IMG/VR virus record: IMGVR_UViG_3300009695_000004
Span: 1-64,000 of that record
DNA length: 64,000 nucleotides
Direction: 5' to 3' (one strand)
Origin: a virus
Both the position numbers and the translations under genes were made by a program. Below, piece by piece: positions 59,964 to 64,000 of the stretch; the stretch's first letter is position 1; each line of letters starts with the position of its first letter. The notes beneath the pieces were generated by a model that did no database searches, was not told the origin of the DNA, and worked only from the letters and a program-made list of their open reading frames with translations.

Positions 59964-61720
59964 TGGCAGTAAACTATTCTAAAAAGAAACAAAATAAACA
60001 GTTTAGAACAGATATTAATGGAGATAGTCCAGATAGCCACAACGTTGTCAAGCAGTCTAGCCTTGAAAATCCTGAAGAATGGGAAAAGCAAATTTTATTC
60101 TGGAGAAGTCATTTAGATATTTTCATAGAAGATTATTTTTCTACTCCTGAAAGACCAGTTGAACTTAAAGATGTTCAGAAAGTTGTTGCAAGGAATTGTG
60201 GAAATTGTACGAATGTAATTGATATAGAATCACGTTCTTATGGTAAGACATGGAAGATGGCGTGGATATTGAGTGCCCTGAGCATTTTATACAGCGACAA
60301 TCGTATTTTGGTAGTTTCTGGTAATGTTAGCCAAGCCATGCTCGTAGCAAATTATATTAGAGATATTGCGAATGTTAATGTCAATTTTGCTAGGGAAATA
60401 CACCTACCTGTGAGAATTGCGAAGGATGGAGCTACAGTTAAATTTAAAAATAATTCTACAATAATATGCAAAGCCATGGAAAAAGATGGTAAGAACATAG
60501 TTGGGTTGCGGGAAAAAATAATTTATATTGACGAAAGTTGGCTTATAAAATCTACTGTAATTCAGAAGGCTTTAAGACCAATGTTGTCATACACCCGTGA
60601 TGTTGCAAGAGAACAAAATTTTGAAGATTTTGATTCGAAATTATTTGAAACATCATCAGCATATTTGAAAACATGTGATTTATATAAAAGATTTACAGAT
60701 AATGTTAACGACATGAAAAAAGGTAATACGAATAAGTTTGCATGTGCTTTAAATTATGAATCGGGAATTAGAACTGGTATTATTAAAAAAACATTTGTGG
60801 AAGAAGAAAAAAGCAATATGCTTGAAAGTTTATTTAGCATGGAATATGGTGCGATTTTCATTGGGAATCAGAATGGTTCATTCTTTCCATATGACCTTAC
60901 AGAGCCTTGTAGGAATATGAAATTTATGGAATTAAAGCAACCTGCTCATTCAAAATCAAGATATATACTTTCATTAGATGTAGCCACTTCTGAAAAAGAC
61001 GGCGCAGATAATGCTAGTTTATTGGTGACAAAATTCATTGAAAAAAGTGATGGAACTTTTCATAAATATGCAGTCCACATGAAAACATTTCACGGATATG
61101 CTCAAGAAAAACTTGCAGAAGAAGTAAGAAAAACTTGTATTAGGTTTCCTAACATAGAGTCAACTATTATTGACGGAAATGCTATCGGCGAAGGAGTCGT
61201 AAGTTTACTAAATTTTCCTTATGTGTGTGACAATGTAGAGTATAAGCCTTTTGTAAGAGATGATATTGGGTACACTGGTACTAATGCAATTCCCATTGTT
61301 AGATTTTTTCGTGGAAGTAATGATATCAATAATAGAATGGTTACAAAAACTAAATTGTATTTTGAAAACGGAACATTGCATCTACCTATTCCCTCTTCCG
61401 AGGCAAGAAGATTACAAGATGATACTTTCGATGGTTCAAATAAAAATGATAAAGCAAAACCAAGAGAGTTATTAATTGAAGAAATAACAATGTACTTTGA
61501 AGCTGATAAATTACAATTTGAACTTTCTACGATAATTCCTAAACTTACAACAAAGGGATCAACTTTTTATGAAACGGCTTTGACTACACAACATAATGAT
61601 AGATGTTCTTCCCTTTGGATGGCTATGGATTATATTTCACAGTTAGAGGAGAAGAACAGAGAAAGTTATAATAATAATACTGAAGGTATGTGTATGGGCA
61701 TAGCAATGACTTGGAATTAA
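59963..61720 (+). CDS. terL: terminase large subunit
   Basis: Walker A-like SRSYGKTWKMAW, Walker B IIYIDES, and a C-terminal nuclease-like LDVATSEKDGADNASLLV. ATG overlaps the upstream stop (TAATG). Confidence 0.75.
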   Translation: MAVNYSKKKQNKQFRTDINGDSPDSHNVVKQSSLENPEEWEKQILFWRSHLDIFIEDYFSTPERPVELKDVQKVVARNCGNCTNVIDIESRSYGKTWKMAWILSALSILYSDNRILVVSGNVSQAMLVANYIRDIANVNVNFAREIHLPVRIAKDGATVKFKNNSTIICKAMEKDGKNIVGLREKIIYIDESWLIKSTVIQKALRPMLSYTRDVAREQNFEDFDSKLFETSSAYLKTCDLYKRFTDNVNDMKKGNTNKFACALNYESGIRTGIIKKTFVEEEKSNMLESLFSMEYGAIFIGNQNGSFFPYDLTEPCRNMKFMELKQPAHSKSRYILSLDVATSEKDGADNASLLVTKFIEKSDGTFHKYAVHMKTFHGYAQEKLAEEVRKTCIRFPNIESTIIDGNAIGEGVVSLLNFPYVCDNVEYKPFVRDDIGYTGTNAIPIVRFFRGSNDINNRMVTKTKLYFENGTLHLPIPSSEARRLQDDTFDGSNKNDKAKPRELLIEEITMYFEADKLQFELSTIIPKLTTKGSTFYETALTTQHNDRCSSLWMAMDYISQLEEKNRESYNNNTEGMCMGIAMTWN

Positions 61721-61751
61721 TAAAACAACCTTATAATTAGGAGGTGACTAT

Positions 61752-63260
61752 ATGTCAAGAAGTAAAAAGAAAACAGCAATTGCACAGAAACAAGTGAAAC
61801 ATATTCAAGTAGTAATCCCAGAATATTCTCTTGGATTCGATATGAAATCATATCAAGGAGATGGGGGTAAACCTATTACTGTATATGAAAATAGATATTC
61901 ATCTAATGGTGATGTTAAAGGTTACAATGTCGATCAGATTTTAAAAAATAAACAAGATAATATATATAAAATATTTGAACTTTGTAATTATTATGTTGAT
62001 GCAGACCCAATATATGGAAACGCAATAAAAAAGATATTAACTCCATTCTCATTATCTGGATGGAAACTTATGGGTGCATCTGAAAAAATAAAGCAAAAGT
62101 ATATGGATTATTTTGAATCAGTGGGGATTTTCGATTTGCTTAGGGATTCATTTTATGATCTGAATCTATATGAAAATTGTTATATTTATGATAGGGGTAA
62201 CTGGTTTGATATATTCCCTCCTCATAGAATCAGAGTTAGTTCTATAGGTATTAATGGTGAACCTGTACTAGAATATAAGATTGCAGAATTTGGAAATAGA
62301 AATTATACAATTGCAAAAGAAGGATTTATAAATACCCTATTGAAACAATATGAGGGATACCCTCCTGAAATACTCGATGGAATAAAAATGGGTACTTTAT
62401 GGGTGCAATTGTCACCTGATAATTGTTATTCCTTGCAAGGTGTAAAATCTCGTTGGGAAAAATATTGTATTCCATTTATAAGTTCATGTCTAAAATCTTT
62501 TTCAAATAAAAATCTAATTGGAGATTTTGAAAACAGCCAATTATCAGCAGGAATGAAGCCATTTCTACATGTTAAGGTAGGCTCAGAACGTGTTATGCCT
62601 TCTCCTTCTCCAGATATCTTAAAAGATGTTGGACTGATATTTCGTAATGCAATTAATGGTTATCCATTAGCAATAACTTCACACGTGGTTTCTGCAAATT
62701 GGGTTTCAACCGATACTAAAAATATGTTTGATAAAGCAAAATATGACGAAGTTAATACTTCTATTTTGGCGAGTTGTGGTTTAAGTGCAATAATTGTAAC
62801 AGGAGATTCCACTGGTTCTAACTTCGCAAGTGCAACAATTAATGTATCTGTTGCTGAAAAAAAAATTTCTGCTAATCAAAAGAATGTTGCAGAATTTCTA
62901 AAGAAGATTATGAAAAAAAGAGCAATAGAATGGAGAATCGCAGAAAATAAAGTTCCAACTTTTGTATTTGACAAAGTATCAATTCAAGATGATCAAACTA
63001 TGAAAGATGAAGTATTGAAATTATTTCAAAGTGGACTTACCTCATATGCTACAACTATTAATACTCTCGGCTATGACTACGACCAAGAAAAAGAACGCAA
63101 GAAAAAAGAAAAGTCAGATGGAGATAAAGAAATATTTGAAGTGCCAGCATCTTTTAATACTCAAGCAAAAGGAGATAATGGTGGAGGTGCACCAGAAGTT
63201 CCGGGTGCGAACAAGGATTCAAGCGCCACAGGAAAACAACCAAAGCCTAGTACAGCTTGA
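61752..63260 (+). CDS. putative portal protein
   Basis: 502 aa, immediately after terL. Low-complexity basic/Gly-rich C-terminal tail. Assigned by synteny and size only. Confidence 0.5.
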   Translation: MSRSKKKTAIAQKQVKHIQVVIPEYSLGFDMKSYQGDGGKPITVYENRYSSNGDVKGYNVDQILKNKQDNIYKIFELCNYYVDADPIYGNAIKKILTPFSLSGWKLMGASEKIKQKYMDYFESVGIFDLLRDSFYDLNLYENCYIYDRGNWFDIFPPHRIRVSSIGINGEPVLEYKIAEFGNRNYTIAKEGFINTLLKQYEGYPPEILDGIKMGTLWVQLSPDNCYSLQGVKSRWEKYCIPFISSCLKSFSNKNLIGDFENSQLSAGMKPFLHVKVGSERVMPSPSPDILKDVGLIFRNAINGYPLAITSHVVSANWVSTDTKNMFDKAKYDEVNTSILASCGLSAIIVTGDSTGSNFASATINVSVAEKKISANQKNVAEFLKKIMKKRAIEWRIAENKVPTFVFDKVSIQDDQTMKDEVLKLFQSGLTSYATTINTLGYDYDQEKERKKKEKSDGDKEIFEVPASFNTQAKGDNGGGAPEVPGANKDSSATGKQPKPSTA

Positions 63261-63278
63261 TAAATCAAATATAATATC
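63260..63278 (+). promoter_or_regulatory. phage promoter-like motif
   Basis: ATAAATCAAATATAATATC, 18 nt before ATG 63297. Confidence 0.45.
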
Positions 63279-63296
63279 AAATTAAGGAGATAAGGA

Positions 63297-63476
63297 ATGA
63301 AGAAACATTTAGTTTTTAACAATCATTGCGCAGGATGGATGATGACTCAGAATTTTATTCTTCAAGATATATCAAAAAGAAATAAAGGTAATACAGATTT
63401 AAATGTCTATGTTTTTAATGAAACAGAAGATTTTTTAAACAAACTCAATGAATATAAGCGGTTGCTTAAAGGGTGA
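63297..63476 (+). CDS. hypothetical protein (59 aa), not in ORF track
   Basis: ATG after AAGGAGATAAGGA. Reads MKKHLVFNNHCAGWMMTQNFILQDISKRNKGNTDLNVYVFNETEDFLNKLNEYKRLLKG. Confidence 0.5.
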   Translation: MKKHLVFNNHCAGWMMTQNFILQDISKRNKGNTDLNVYVFNETEDFLNKLNEYKRLLKG

Positions 63477-63522
63477 CTGCTTTTATTATATCAAATTTTA
63501 AAAATCAAAGGAGAAATGTATT

Positions 63523-64000
63523 ATGTTATTAACGACAGAAGTGGCAGTAAAATTAGGTAAAAAAACAGATTCATATTACGAATCTAAAGGGTACATTATA
63601 CCAAAGGAATATGATAAAAGGCATCATAGATGGCATGTTAAAGAAGGAACAACTCTTAAAATAAAAGTGAATGATTTATTATCTAATAGTAAAATTACCG
63701 TTGAAGCTTTATGTGATTACTGTAAAGAAGAGCATATATTTACAACATATCAAGGATTTAATAGAGGTAGACACGAAATTGATAAAGATTGTTGTTTATC
63801 TTGTAAATTTTTAAAACAACAAGATATTATTAGAAATAGATATGGTGTAGATTTCCCATCACAAACTCCAGGCACAGGCACTAAAATAAAAGAAGCTTTG
63901 AGAAAAGATTTTACAATAATACAAGAGGCTTTTATAAAAAGTAATTTTAAATTATTATCTACTGAAAAAGAATATGAAAACGCAGATTCTATATTAAGGT
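63523..64000 (+). CDS. putative homing-endonuclease-like protein, N-terminal part (runs off window end)
   Basis: ATG after AAAGGAGAAATGTATT. Reads MLLTTEVAVKLGKKTDSYYESKGYIIPKEYDKRHH...CDYCKEEH...CCLSCKF...FKLLSTEKEYENADSILR. The module style resembles the Zn-ribbon repeats of the 8199-9203 endonuclease. Open to the window end. Confidence 0.4.
   Translation, partial: MLLTTEVAVKLGKKTDSYYESKGYIIPKEYDKRHHRWHVKEGTTLKIKVNDLLSNSKITVEALCDYCKEEHIFTTYQGFNRGRHEIDKDCCLSCKFLKQQDIIRNRYGVDFPSQTPGTGTKIKEALRKDFTIIQEAFIKSNFKLLSTEKEYENADSILR

Overview
The window looks like part of a low-GC, Firmicutes/Clostridia-type tailed phage or phage-plasmid. All assignments come from reading the sequence and translations by eye; no searches were run.

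Layout:
- 1-42.4 kb: about 95 tightly packed minus-strand genes. They include a parMRC-like partition cassette (on the plus strand), a SleB-type hydrolase, a Cas4-like PD-(D/E)XK nuclease, DnaE-type Pol III alpha, a Toprim primase, a DnaB-like helicase, an AAA_24 ATPase, NAD-dependent ligase, a Bro-N antirepressor, one active and one degenerate tyrosine recombinase, and many small orphan ORFs.
- 42.4-45.3 kb: an ORF-free, origin-like strand-switch region. Eight co-oriented DnaA boxes are flanked by a C-depleted tract on the left and a roughly 1-kb G-depleted tract on the right.
- 45.3-64 kb: plus-strand genes. These are a RepA_N-like initiator with phased palindromes, small genes, a GIY-YIG endonuclease, a YonO-like single-subunit RNA polymerase with a DNDGD motif, a beta-CASP MBL nuclease, an HNH-AP2 endonuclease, a metallophosphoesterase and ClpP. 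They are followed by a 2.2-kb ORF-free, GC-enriched, helix-dense region ending in tRNA-Thr(UGU), then terminase and portal.

Main candidates for new biology:
- The giant structured ncRNA region next to the tRNA, which sits in a GOLLD/ROOL-like context.
- The mirror-skewed DnaA-box origin.
- A 19-nt promoter-like motif (ACAAWTCAAATATAATATA) found more than 40 times, always oriented with the downstream gene.
- The YonO-like RNA polymerase.

About 25 ORFs under 60 aa that are missing from the ORF track, and several start-codon corrections, are also proposed.
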